Assembly (NCBI GenBank): GCA_016748015.1
Contig: JAAOMT010000135.1
Location: forward strand, 637,326 to 701,325
Direction: 5' to 3'
Source of the DNA: Geosiphon pyriformis uo1
Taxonomy: Eukaryota; Fungi; Glomeromycota
DNA: 64,000 nucleotides
The notes under the pieces were generated by a model, which made no database searches, was not told the DNA's origin, and worked only from the letters and a program-made list of their open reading frames with translations. A program made the translations under genes and the position numbers. Below are positions 38,601 through 52,700 of the stretch, piece after piece. Position 1 is the first letter of the stretch. Every line of letters starts with the position of its first letter.

Positions 38601-41600
38601 TGTTATATTTTTGGGTTGAAATGTTTTTAGATTTGTTTTATTCTCGACAATCTGTTGGCATTTTTTTTTTGTAATGTACTGTATAATTAAATAGTAAAAG
38701 TTCTATTTTCCATCTGACATGGTAATTGTCTCCAAATTCTTGCTTTTGGATTAAAATCAATCTTTTATGATTAGTGTACACATTAAACTTTTGACTCAAG
38801 TATTCTTTTTATTTAATGACAGCCCAATAAATAGCTAAATGTTCTAGTACTGAAGTTCTATAGTTCTTTTCAGCTGGATTTAAGCTTCTACTGACATAAG
38901 CTACTGAATGTTCTTGTTCATCTGGTTTTTTCTAAGATAGTACTGCTTCTAATGCTTAACCAGATGCATTAGTGGTAATAATAAATAGTTTGCTGTAATC
39001 TGAATAGATTAATACTAGAGCTTGAATAAGTTTTCTTCTCAGTGTGTCAAAGACTTTTTGTTGAATTTTAGTCCATTTATATTTGGTGTTCTTTGTTTGG
39101 AGAGTATGTAATGGTTGAGCTATTTTGGAAAAATCTTTGATAAATCAGTAGTAGTATCCAGCAAATCCCAAGAATGCTCTTAATTTTGTGAAATTATTTG
39201 GTACTGGAAAGTTCTTAACAATCTCAATCTTATCTGGATCCGTTTTGATACCATTTTTGCTTACATGTCCCAAAAACTTGAGTTCAGTTTTTTCAAAGAA
39301 ACACTTAGTTGTATTCAATTTTAATTCAGCTCTTCTTAGTTTTTTAAATACTTGTTGATGATAGTATAGATGATTATTAAATGTTTTGGAGAATATATTA
39401 GTGTTATCCAGATATACAACTACTGATTTCCATAACAGTCTGGTATAAACAATTTTCATAAGTTGTTGGAAGATGGCTGGAACATTTATCAAGCCAAATA
39501 GTATAATTTTAAATTCAAAATTTTCTTCTCATATTATAAAAGCCATTTTCTTTTTATCTTCTGGTTTTATGGCTACTTGTCAGTAATTACTGTTTAAATC
39601 TAATATTAAGAACCATTTCTTTCCTCCAAAAGCATCAAAAAGTTTTTGGATCTTTGAAGTTAGATAGCTATCTTCTTTTGTTACTCCATTCAGCTTCTGG
39701 TAATCTACACAAAAGCAGATTTTCCCATTTTTTTTACAGACTAATACCACTGGTAATAATCATAGATTTATTGATGGCTAAATTAGCCTATTGTTAAGCA
39801 TTCAATTAATTTCTTAACAAATAATTTTATGGCTGGCTGATAGTACTTGGTATGCTCTTTGTTTGATTAGTATTGTATTTCTAGTCTTAATCTAATGCTG
39901 GATAATATCAGTTCTGCCAAATTTGTTTTCACTAGCAAAAATGTCATTGAAATTGTTGAGTAATATTTTAAGCTGCATATATTATAATGGGTCTAAATTT
40001 CCTAAGTTCATCTGTTCTAATTGTTCTGGTTGGAACAGATAACATTTTTTTCATCTGTATATTGTTTAAGATGTAATATCTATATATTTACACAGTTGTG
40101 GAAAGTCTGGAATAGTGTTTAACAGTTAGGCTTTAATTTCAGTGGTTAAATATCCAATGGTAGTTCCTTCTGGTATCTTGATGATATTTTCCATGTTGTT
40201 GTAAATGGAAATTTTGATATGATTGTGGTTCTTGGCTGGTATGTATAGATTAACTAATTTAATCTTTTCTGATTCACAAAGTGTTGTTTCTGTCTTAAAA
40301 ATCTGAATCTGATTCTTTATTTTTCTCTCTATGATTAATATGTACTGGTCATATGGTGGAATAGAAATTGGTTGACAGGTAAAAATAATTTCTCTCTTAT
40401 TAACAATTTCTTCTTTTGCCATATTAACTGGTATATCTATTCTACCTGTGGATCCAAAACCCTATATCCTTCTAGCTGTAATTTCTAATTCTTTTCTGTT
40501 TCTCACTAATACTAATTAAGCTATTTTAACCAAAGGCAGGAATATTGCCTGTGCTATTTTTTTATTTAGCTCTATGATGTAGGTCTTTTTTGAGTCATTT
40601 TGTAATATTGCAATGATATTTTCTACATATCCTGTGTTAATTATTTCTTTTTTGATGTTAACTTTTTTTTTCGCTAAACTACTCCTAAATGCTTATTAAA
40701 CCATTGTTGTTGCTGAAATTTCTAATGCTACTTTGAGATCAATGCATGTATGTAAATGTGGTTCTAATTTAATAGTATTTTTTCAGATCAAACCCAATAT
40801 TGGTATCATGTACACATTTTGGCATAATACTTTCATTATTATTACTAAATTATTTCAATTCTTGCTTCTTGGTGAGATCAGAAAGAGTGATATATTGTTC
40901 AAGATTTGAATCAGAGTTCGAATTGTGGTTGTCATTGCCAATTTGTATAGAGCTGAAACCATTGTTTTTATTATTGTCATTGTCGGAGTTTGAATCAGGG
41001 TTGAAGTTCAATTCTGATTCTGATGTGCAGCTGCTAATTGGTTCATCTTTCTCTGGAATCATGTAAATTATGCATGGTGATAGATTGTAAATAAGATTAC
41101 ACTCATTACAATACTAGAAGTTACATAGAATCAAACAGTGGTCACATAATCAGGTGTTTATTTCTTCCAAACACTGTTTCTGGTCTTTTCTTGTTGGTGC
41201 CAAATTTTGGTAATGCTTATGAAACTTTTCTGGGCCTGTTTTTATGTCGAGAAAAACATTTGGGTTTAGAATAAGGACAATGTTGACTGGTTTTAAAGGA
41301 TTATTTTTAATTTTCAAGATTTTGCTAAGTGTGGTTTCTTTGACTTTGGTATTTGCTATTCTTCAGATCTTATCTTCATTATGTGGGTAGCCATCTAAGC
41401 AAGTTATTGCTTGGTGCCAAGCTGCAATAATGGAAGTGTCACAACTGACCCAGTTACTTATGAGGATTATGTATTGACACAAAGCATTGCACATTTCTCT
41501 TTAACCAAAAATATTGTTTCATATTTCTTCATTGAGCAATCATTCTTCACAAGTGAGACATAGTTTATTGTCCCACTTGTCTTGTCATTTTGGATAGCCA

Positions 41601-44600
41601 TAGCATTTTTTATGGCATAGCTTACAATAATAGTGGATTCTGGTCCAATAGTTTTCATCAGGTGCTATCTAAGCTCTTATGGAGGAAAGTTTTTTTTTAC
41701 AGTCCTTGCATTTGAGGAGTATATATGGCAGCTTTTTTATTGGCTTATGTGAATACTCTCTTTTTTAGCCACTAGTTATTTCCTCTGTATTAGTGTTTTT
41801 TTCTAGTGTGTTCTTTTCCTTTTTTTTCTCTTTGTCATTCTAGGAAAGTATTGGTAGTAATTTGTTGTGTTTGGTGTTGGCCCAGAAAACTTGATAAGCT
41901 TCCCAGATAGGTTTTCTTTCTTCTTTTTTTAATTTGATGAGTGGTTTGTCATTGGTAGTGGTTTTAAAGTGACCACAAGTAGCTGACACATGTATGTAAT
42001 AGCCATTTTGGCTAAGCTGCAGTTCTTAAGTGTTCTAGTTAAGCACAGCATTAGTTTTAGACAGCCAGTTATTCCTAATAAGAGCTTGATACTAAGTTGC
42101 TTTCATTACAAAAACTTTGATGGGTATAATAATGCCATTAATTTCAATAGATAATTTGTCTATTTTGCCAATTGGAGTTTTGATCACTCCATTGGCTGTT
42201 ATAATTCTGGCACTGGCAGTGTAATCAATTCAGCAATCTAATTAGTCCATGAGTTGTTATGTAATAATGCTGTCTGTTAACCTGTTATCTAATATGAGTT
42301 TGATGAAGTGGCCATCAACTTTAGCATTAGTGTACATGGCAGTAATTGGTTTTTTTTTGAGAGCAGCTCTATTAAATAATGGCATAGATGACAGTTCTTC
42401 AAGTTTGAATGGAAAGATTGTTACTAGTAATTCATTGTTGATGATAATAGCTAGAAGTATATTACTGGTAAGTGGTTGTGTTTGGTTGGTTTCCAAATTA
42501 TTGGATGAGGTGTTTTCTGGGGTAATTAAGAGGCTTAAATAGTGTTGAAAATTCAGGTTTTGGGTGTACTTAATGCCTGAATTCCACTGTCGAGATCCTG
42601 ATGGTTGAGTTAAAGAATTGAGAATCAGTTAATGGACTACTATTGCTGATTTCCAGCTTTGTTGTGTCATTTTCGATCTTTGGATTCTGTTTTGAGATAA
42701 GTTTTGTGGCAGTATTTGAATTTGTGGAGGCTGATATATTACTTGTGGCTGCAGTTAATATATTATAGGTGTTGTCAACTGATAAATTAGAGCTATATAT
42801 ATTGGTGGTTAATAAATTGGCTGCTGTGTTATTTGAGTGTAATGAGGTAAGTATTGATCCTGATTTGAGTATTGATTTGAAATTTGAAACCTGCAATTGG
42901 GGTTTTGATATTGATTTTCCAATTATGAATTATTATTATAAGAATAGCAGTCAATTTTCAAATGGCCTTGTTTACCACAATTGTGACAGATACATATTTC
43001 TTGCTGTCATGGCTAATTGGATGATGATGAAAGACACGACTGATTTTGGAAGTGATTCACATTTCTAGAATTATTGTGTTGTTGAGGTGGCTGATAAATT
43101 ACATGATTGTCAGCTAAGTATCTTTCTAATTTCTGATTAATTGAATTACTGAGTTGTTTAAATTTGGAATTCAAGTCAAATGATCTATTCATAACTAGGT
43201 TTATGGCTTGGACATGGTTAGCCTCAAGTTTGGTAAATTTGAAATCTTAGGCATTGATGATTGCATCTTGAAGAGTTTGCAGATGCATTGGACATATGTG
43301 TTGAAAAATACTACTGCATAGTTCACAGATGAATTGGTTCAGAATTTGTGGTGCTGTAAAGTAATTTACATTAATTGCTTGTATTTGGCACAAATTTCTA
43401 TAGAAGCATCTTAAGTAAGTAATAACTGCTTTAGTTTCTTCTTGTTTGATGGTGATAAAAGTATTGGTTAAGTGATTAATACTGTTATTGTTGTTAAAAT
43501 ATCTCAAGAACTCAAGCTTGAATGTGTTAAAATCTTAAGGTTTGTTGACCAAGCTCTAATATCATAAGTTAACAGTATCCTAAAAGAAATATGGAATGGC
43601 TTGCATGGCTCATGCATTATTCTATTCATTGGCTGCGATGGCTTTTTCCACATTTTTCAGCCACACTTAGATGTTGTCTTTTTTGCTCATGAATTTTTCG
43701 AGTTTTACTATTGGAATGTAGATCATTAGATCCAAGTTTGGTTGTTGTGGTGGTTAAAGTGGTAATTGCTGAGGTAGTATTGGCAGCTGTTGAAGTTGTT
43801 CAGCAATCAGATCAATTGGTTGTTGATTAATAATGATTTCTGGAGGTAAGTTTTATTGATTGATTAACTCGGAGTTTGGATTGTTCAAAGTTTACTGGTT
43901 TTGAATATTTAGAGTTTTAACTTTCAGATTTTCTGCAATTGGGTTTTGATAATTAAATTTTTGATCCTCTTCTTCTTTTTTTTCTGATGCTGTTATCTCT
44001 CAAGGATTTGTAGTTCTGAAATCTGATAGAGGTGGTAGTGATTAGAATCCTAATGGTATTAGCAATTATGATTTAAATCCTTTAAAGTAATCATCATAGG
44101 TTTCTAATAACTTCTCTTTCTTTTGTTTACTTTGAAATAGTAATTATCCAAATGTTAATGTTACATTTAATGTGGACATGTCTGCTAATGCAATATTAAT
44201 AGTACTGCTAGATATGTGATGATATAATAAATATAATGGAAATTCAATTCTTTGTTTCTTCTATGTTGATAATTGTATTTTTTTTGGAATTACTGCTGGT
44301 GTTTGTAACTTTTTTTTGTCTTTATCTGTGTAGGTAATAAAGAATTGTTGTTGAGTGTATCTTTTAATTTCTTGATTAATTTCTCTGATGATTAGTGTGA
44401 AACTGTAATTTTGTAATAAGCTGGTGTGTTGGATTAATTCTGTATAGAAATTTTCTCTTGCTGATTCAATGTCAACTGGTCTTTTCAGAAAATCTGTGAT
44501 TTTTTTTTGACATAAAAGTTGAAGGCTGATTCTACTGGATAATGATTGTTGATTAAGCCTAATTGTTGGCTGTACTGTTAAAATAAGAATTTAGCAAATC

Positions 44601-45507
44601 TTAAATGGTTTGTCCTTATTATTTCTGGTTCTGCCACTTTTGAATGATTATTGTTAATGCTGGTTTTCTGTAAGATTATATCTCACAGGAAGCACCAAAT
44701 GTTACAAGTAATTATTTGGGGTCTCAAATCAAATAAAAACTTATAATTTGGTGCTCAATTTATATATTGATGTTGGTAATTTTTAAAGATGTGTTTTTTG
44801 AAGGTTTTGGTTGAGTCTTTTGTATAATGAACAGAAATTTAATTGATAATTTATCTATAGCTTCCCAAAACCACAATTTCATTAATTTTTTTCTTAGTGT
44901 AATGACCAGTAATCCTCCTGATAAGATATTCTCAATTTTGAGTGTCTATTCTTAGTCCTAGGTTTTTTACCAGTGCTATATCCTAATGTTAGTACTTCCA
45001 TGTGTAAATCTTTTTAATCAAGTTAACAAACAACAAAAAAAATAAAACAAGAAAAAAAATAAAGAAATAAGAAAATAAGCCCAAGCAATTTGCATGTTAG
45101 TATTCTATCAATAGCTGTGATCAAGAGCTATTGTTCTAGTGTAGTTAAGTATTAATTACTATCAACATAAAATGTTGATAGTAAAGAGTGGATTGAAATA
45201 GTGAATGGTTATTTATTGATATTTGTGATATGGATGATTGCTTAGATTAAATTTAAACTCAGATGTCTGTCTTTTCTACTTCTAATACTGTCATTATATA
45301 TACATAATTGAGATTTTTCAATTCCTTAATTCTTCACACCAGGAATCCTGGAATTCTGAAATTCTGCAATTTTTTGTATAAGAATTCTGAAATCCTTGGA
45401 ATCCTGCAATTTTTTTTGAGAAAAATCCTGGAATTCTATATCTATTATGACTACTTCTGATTGGCTAATTTATATACTAATATACTTCCTATATTTTATA
45501 AGTAATA
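35695..45507 (-). mobile_element. Gypsy family B copy B2, full length and degenerate: 5' LTR 44700-45507, PBS 44682-44697, gag-PR-Cys-rich-dUTPase-RT-RH-IN, ORF3 36541-37190, PPT, 3' LTR 35695-36527
   Basis: Paired LTRs; PPT AAAAGGAGAGGATAA; colinear with B3; splits the LINE RT between ..FGLINRY and VHDGL.. Confidence 0.93.
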
Positions 45508-48217
45508 TTGAGTGCATGATGGTCTTAACTAGAGTAAAGTGTTTTCTCTTTTACTGTGGAGGATCTTCTATGATCCTTTTTTATGTAAAGTTAAAAGACA
45601 AGAGAATTTGTGTAAATACCAAATTGACACTAAGTTTGTTATTAAAACTGGCAGGTTAGAAAACCAAGGTGGTTTGACTTCATTTTTTGCAGTTAGAACT
45701 TTTGTTAATAATACAATTTAGGTGAGAAGTAACCAGGCTGTTATTCAGTACATTTTGGACATTGCTAGTGAGTTTTTTAGTATGAATGACATCTCCATTA
45801 ATAATGAAAAGACTGTGGCCATTCCTATTAACAAAAGAGTTAAGAAAGCATCACTATTGATAAATGGTTTGCCAATTTTAATTGCTCATAAAAAAGAGTT
45901 TCATAGGTATCTTGAGATTTATTTGTTGTCTGAGAGTTTGTCCAAACCCAGTTTGGTGAGAGCTTATTCAGATGTTAGGTTCTTTGTTAATTTGGTTTTG
46001 AAGAAGGCTATTTCAAATAAACAGTTTCTTTATCTGGTGTTAGCTGTGTTGCAACCCATTATTGATTATAGGTCTTAGTTTAGTTTTCTTTTTAGGAGTG
46101 TGTATATTAAATAGAACACATTAATTAGAAAGGGTTTAAGGTTTAAGGCTGGACTACCAAAAGATTTTTCTAAGAAGGCTCTTTACTATCCGTTTTTGTA
46201 TGGTCTAAAGTCTTTTGAACAGTTGCAGACTGAATGCAAAATAGCTTCTGTACTAAGTTTCTCAAATGCTGATGAGATTCTGGGTCACCTGTTTAATTAT
46301 AAGTCTCTAGACTTATAGGTTTTAAGTTAGTTGTCTGTTTATCTTTTATGTTATTTGGTCAGATTGCATGTCAAACCAGTTAACAATTTTTTGGCTGGTG
46401 TTATTGGAATTTTTTTGAATTGTAATATGTCTTTTGGGAACTTTTCTCTTATGACATTCCATTTTTCTAGTGAGACACCGATGTCTTTAGTTCTGGAGGA
46501 TTCTTTGTTTTATGATGTTTTATGCTTACTTAGGAAATTTGGGGTTGTTTTTATCGAACAGCTATATACTAAAAAGAGTTTGATTTTTGACTGAAAAAGC
46601 TTCTATCATTAGAAAAAGCTCCATTCAAGAGACTCAGTTCCTCATTGGTTCAATTTGTCATGTGACTTTTTGGCTTATTTCTTCCCTATTGATGGTCTAC
46701 CTGTTACTAACCTCTAGTCACTGGATGTTGGTAGTTCAGGTGGTGTTTTTCAGCTGAAACAGTGTTTTTTTATTTCTAATTTAAATGTTATTAAGATTTA
46801 TATAGACAAATCTTTAAAAAATTTGGGTACACAGAAGATAGAGTATGGTGCAGCTGCATATTTCTCAGATGTAAATCTAAGTATTGGCATTAGGATTGGC
46901 AGGTTGGTTTCTTCTATTATGGCTGAATTGCAGACAATTACTTTGGCTTTGGAGTGTGTTCCTTCTTATAGTTCTGTTGTGATTTATTTAAACAGTTAAG
47001 CTGCCTTAGATGCTTGTGCTGCTGAGTCAGTTTTGACTTCTCTGGACTTCTGCAACCATTGCTGGATAGAACAACATGGTGTTGTAAATCTGATTAGGGA
47101 AAAGAGGCTTAGCATTTTTTGGTATAAAATTAAAAGACATTTGAGTGTTTTGGGTAATGAGTGTGCTGACAAGTTAGCCAATTCTGTTACAAGTTTGAAT
47201 TTGGTGCTTCTTGTTTTGATTAAAGAAATGTTTATTAAGGCTGGTGGGGTGGCAGTGTTCAATAATGTTTGGTATTTTGCTCAGAATGTTTTTAGGTCTA
47301 TAAATTGTGCTTGTTAGGAGGTTGGATCTGGTTTTGCTGTTATTGACAAAGATATAATTAGTGATGTGAATTGGGTTTGTACTGCTTCAGTTTGGCACTC
47401 CAATTCACATATGGCAAATGGTTTTACCAGTAAGTCTATTGCTGGTCTATGTTCGTATTTTTTGAAGGCTTTGTATTACTACCTGCCAGTTGCTATGTGA
47501 AAGTGCTTGTATAATAGAGATTATCCAAGTGTTTTGTGTTTTCATTGTGGAAAAGTGGAGAGCTTTGATTACTCTTTTGTGTGTGTATTTGACTCTGAAG
47601 TCTGTAAAGATCTGCTTGCATCTTATCTGGCTAAGTAGTGTGCTATGTTTGGTTTGGGTCTCCCTTTGTTTCAGGTCTTGTGGGTGCTTTTTTTGTGTGC
47701 TTCTGATAATGTGCTATACACCACTTTGAGCAAAGGCTTCTTGTTTAGGGATTGATATCTGGAGACTGTATCTGTTTTGAATGATGCTAAGTCTGCAGAA
47801 AAAGTTATTATTAACTTCATTTGGGGTATTGGTGCTGCTCACCATAGTAACATATGGTTGGTTAGAACCAAATATAGAACTTTTATAGAAAAAGGTGGTT
47901 TTGTTCCATGTAATGGTTTTGTTTTTTTATGACCTAAGGTCTGTCATTTTTGCTTTCAGCTGAGATAGTTAAGTTGTTTGGGATTGCTAAGGCACTTGGT
48001 ATCTGTTTTGGTTTTTGTAAACTTTGCTGTTTTTTTTTTGGTATTGATAGTGTAATGTCTGTTATAATAAATTCATAGTATTGCTTTGATCAGTTCAAAT
48101 AGCTGGTTATGTGTAGAAAATGCATAATTTGTGCCTAGTTTAGATTACTTAGTTTAATATATTGTACTAGGTGGCATTTGGGCCTTATTTGTTAAATGTT
48201 AATAATAATAAAAAAAA
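45508..48217 (+). mobile_element. LINE ORF2 3' part: RT, RNase H (~46790-47180), Cys/His knuckle, stop ~48078, 3' tail with (TAA)n/poly(A)
   Basis: VHDGL..FSLLLWRIFYDP and TFVNNTI (FVDD-like); IYIDKSL..MAELQTI..YLNS*AAL..KIKRH..GNECADKLA (RNase H). Confidence 0.9.
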
Positions 48218-48786
48218 CTTTTTATTTTAAATATTAGTTTTTTAATTATAAAAAAATTTTTTAAAAATTGGTTTAAGATTTTTATTCTTTTAACATATTA
48301 AAAAATAATCAAATTAATATTTATTTTAAATTTAATTAAATATAAAAAAAATCTTTCACTATAAAAAATTTAGTTTAAATAAAAATATTAAATATATAAA
48401 TACTTATTTAAATTAGAAAATAATTAATTAATATTTCAAAAAAAAAATTTTTTTTTAATAAGTAAGATTTAATTATAATCTAATATAATATATTAAATTA
48501 AGTAATTTAAACTAAGTGTATATTATATGTTTTTTATATATGACTAGTTACTTAAGCCACTTAAAACAATATTATATTAAAACAAAAAAAAACAAAAAAA
48601 GCTAAAAGTAAATCTAATTTACTAATTTTTTTAATAATATTATTCAAATTTTAAAATCAAAAATAAATTTACTAAGAAACAATCTAATTATTTTAATATT
48701 ATTTTTGATTTTAGTATTAAACATATTTTTTAGAATAATAACATGTTTAATTGTGTTTTTACTTAAAAAAAAAACTTAATAATTAG

Positions 48787-49744
48787 TATTATCAGTTAAA
48801 ATTTGAAATATTATTTAGTATAAAATTATTTTTATAGTTTTTATTATTAACTAATATATATTATTGTTTTAATTTATCATTTATTATCTTATTAAATTAT
48901 TTAAAGTATTATTCAATTAATAATTCGATTTGTATAGAACAAATATAATCAAATTATAATAATTAAATTATATAACATATTAAATTATATAACATTTAAA
49001 ATTTGTTGAAATATTTAATAATTTGATAAAATATTTAATAATTTATTAAAATAATCTATATTCACAGAAATAACTTATAATTTAACAAAATATATCATTA
49101 ATTTACCAAAATATTAGAAAAAAAAAGTGTTAAATTATAGAATAGTATTATAATAAATTATATAAAAAAAAAGCTTTTTTTTAAAAAAAAATATATCTTA
49201 ATTAAAATTTTATCTTTATTATAGTTCAAGATATTTTTTTTTAGAATAATTTTTTTTACAAATCAATTTAAATAAAACTTATTTTGAAAAATAAATTCTT
49301 TAATTATCATTGATTCAAAATTAATTATTATATACTAATATTTTAAAATTAATTAGCTATTAATTTTAATAATTATTAATAACTTCTAAGTTTAAATTCA
49401 AACTAATTTTTTTAACACATTTCTTATTAGTTTATTTTTTCTTATTTTTATATTATTTGATAGTTTACAGTCAAGATTTTTTGTGGAAAAATTAATTTTT
49501 ACAGCAAAGTAACTATATATTAAATTAAAAAACTTATAAACAAAATTTTCTTATAAAAAAGTTAACTTTTATTGCAAAGTAATTATACAAATAATTGACA
49601 CAAAATTGGTTATTCTATTATAAATTTAATAGTATATATATAATTTAAAGTATAAAAAAATACTTTAAAAAAACAATTAGCTTATCAAAAATTTACTAGT
49701 TTTTATTAACAGCAAAATTAACAACAAAATAACATTAACAACAT
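48787..49744 (+). mobile_element. Family C LTR, very degenerate, interrupted by B3
   Basis: Colinear with 3016-3900 (e.g. TTTTACAGCAAAGTAACTA); ends at TTAACAACAT where the B3 LTR starts. Confidence 0.6.
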
Positions 49745-52700
49745 TGTTACTTATAAAATATAGAAAGTATATTAGCATATAAATTAGCCAATCAGAAGTA
49801 GCCATAGTAAATTTGAAATTTTAGGATTCCTCTTAAAAGAAATTGCAGAATTTCAGAAATTTCAGGATTCTTGTACAAGAAATTGCAGGATTCCAAAATT
49901 TCAGGATTTCTCTCAAGAAAAATTGCAAAATTCCAGAAATCCCAGAATTTCTGGTGTGAAGAATTGAGAAATTGAAGAATCTCAATTATGTATATATAAC
50001 AGTAGTATTAGAAAGAGAAAAAACAGAATTCTTAGTTAGAGATCTCTCAGTTTAGATTTCATCTAAGTGACCTTCCAATTCACAAATATCAATAAATAAT
50101 TATTTTCTATCTCAAATCCACTTTTCACTATCAATACTTCATGTTGATAATAATTAATACTTAATTACACTAGAACAATAGTTCTTAATTATGGTTATTG
50201 ATGGAATACTAACTTGCAATTGCTTTTACTGATTTTTTTATTTTCTTTTATTTTTTTTTATTTCTTCTGTTATTTCTTTAGTTTTACTAAATTGATTAAG
50301 GATTAAGCACTGAGTTATTGATGTCAAGAATAGTTTGGTAAAAAACCCCAAAAGAAGGATATAGGAATTGAAAACTTAAAGATAGCTTACCAAAAAAGCA
50401 TCTCTGCCAGATTACCAGCCACCATACTGAGAAAGAAATTCGATGAAATTGTGATTCCAAGAGACTACTAGAAAAACAACAATTAAATTTCTGTCTATTA
50501 TACAAAGAACTCCACAACAAAATCTTCAAATCTACAAACCTTTCAGATACTAATGCCAACATATTAATTGAGCACTAAGTTATGAGTTTGTTATTTGATT
50601 TGAGACCCAAATAATTATCTGTAACATTTGGTGCTTCCTGTAAGGTATAATCCTACAGAAAACCAGTACCAACTACACCCATCCAAAGTGGCAGAATTAG
50701 AATCAATAAGAGCAAATTATTTAAGATTCACCAAATCCTTGTTTCAACAGTACAGCCAACAATTAGGATTAAACAATAACCATTTTCCAGCAGAATCAGC
50801 CTTCAACTTTTACATCAACAATAAAATCACAGACTGCTTAAGAGGAACAATTAACATTGAATTTGCAAAGGAAAATTTCTATACAGAATTATTTCAACAT
50901 ACCAGCTTACCAAGAAACTACAGTTTCACACCAATTATTAGGGAAATTAATCAAATCATTGAAAAGTACACACAACAACAATTCCTCATCACTTATACAG
51001 ACAAAAACAAAGAAAAATTGTGAACACCAGCAGTAACACCAAAACCAATACAACTAATTACTTGAAAGAAAACCAGAGTTGAATCACCAACCAATTCATC
51101 ATATCACTATATACCAAGAAGTGCCATTAATATCTTATTAATAAGCACATACACATCACACACAACATTAACATTTGGATAATTCCCATTTCAAAGTAAA
51201 CAAAAGAAAGCAGAATTACTAGGAACTTATGGTAATTATTTTGAAGGATTTAAATTGCAATTACCAATGTCATCAGGATTCTGATCACTGCCATCTCAAC
51301 CAGATTTCAAAAACGTGAGTTCCTAGAAGATAATGGAATTAGAAGAGGAAGAGAAAGAAGAAGCCAAAAATTAAGAATTTACTTACTAGAACCCAATTCC
51401 AGAAAAACCAAACATTGAAATTCCAAACTTTCAGACTTAGCAAAATCTAAACTTAGAAAATTTGGAAATCAGTACTCCAAATATTCAAGCACCACCAAAA
51501 CAGGACAATCCAAATCTTGACATTAATAATTAACAATACCTACCTCCAGCAATCATTATTAACTCACCACCAGTTGCTCCACAACAACAGCCACCATCAC
51601 TGCAATCTTAAATTCAATTACCACTTCAACTCTCACAACAAATAAACATAGATCCAATGGCCTAAACCCCAATAGCAAAACTTGAAAAATTCACAGGAGA
51701 AAAAGACAATACACAAATATGGCTCAACAATATTGAAAAAACCATTACCATTAATAGATAGAACAATGCCAGAGCTCTCCAAGCCATCTCCTATTTCTTA
51801 TAAAATACTGCTGACTTGTGGTATCAAAGTTTAGCCACCAAACCCTAAATATTCTAGAAATTTAAAGTTGCATTCTTGGGATATTTCAGTAATAATAACA
51901 GTATTAATTGCTTAGCCAACACCTTCACCACAATCAAACAAGAAGAAACTGAAGCAGTTACCACTTACTTGAAACATTTCCACAGAAATTTACACCAAAT
52001 TCAAGCAATCCAAACTAACTATTTTACAGTACCACAGATTCTAAATCAGTTCATTCATGGACTGTGCAGTAACCTTTTTTAATGCATACACCCAATGTAC
52101 CCACAAATTCTCCAGAATGCAGTCATCAATGTAAGAGATTTTGAATCAGCAGAACTTAAAACAAACCATGCCCAAGCTATTAACCTAGTCATAAATGGAT
52201 TATCTGACTTGAATTCCAAATTGAAACAACTCAGTGATTCAATTAATCAGAAATTGGAAGGATACTTAGCTAAAAATTGCACAATTTATCAGTCACCTCA
52301 ACAATATAATAACTCTGAAAGCATAAATTGCTTGCAGAATCAGTCACGTCTATCATTCTCAACCAATCAACAATGGCAGCAAGAGACACGCACTTGCCAC
52401 TATTGTGGTAAACAAGGACATTTATAGTTTGAATGCCATAAATGGCTAAATGAACAAAGATCAGACCATTAGTATTGAAACTCTAATCATTGACTACAAA
52501 TTCAGAATTACATTAGTAATTAATCACCAGAACTGTATTAACCAAATTACTTACCTATAACACAATAGCCAATCTATTAACCATCAGTTTATCAACTGAA
52601 AATATCAGTAATCTATTAACCGCAGTTTTAGCCTATTTATTAGCCACAGTCCCAAGTAATCTATTAATCTCAACAAATTTAAATACTGTCACAAAACCTA

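Noticed and set aside
35690-45512. Exact TSD for B2
   Set aside because: The flanks (ACTAG / TTGAG) cannot be reconciled confidently after mutation, so no TSD is claimed.
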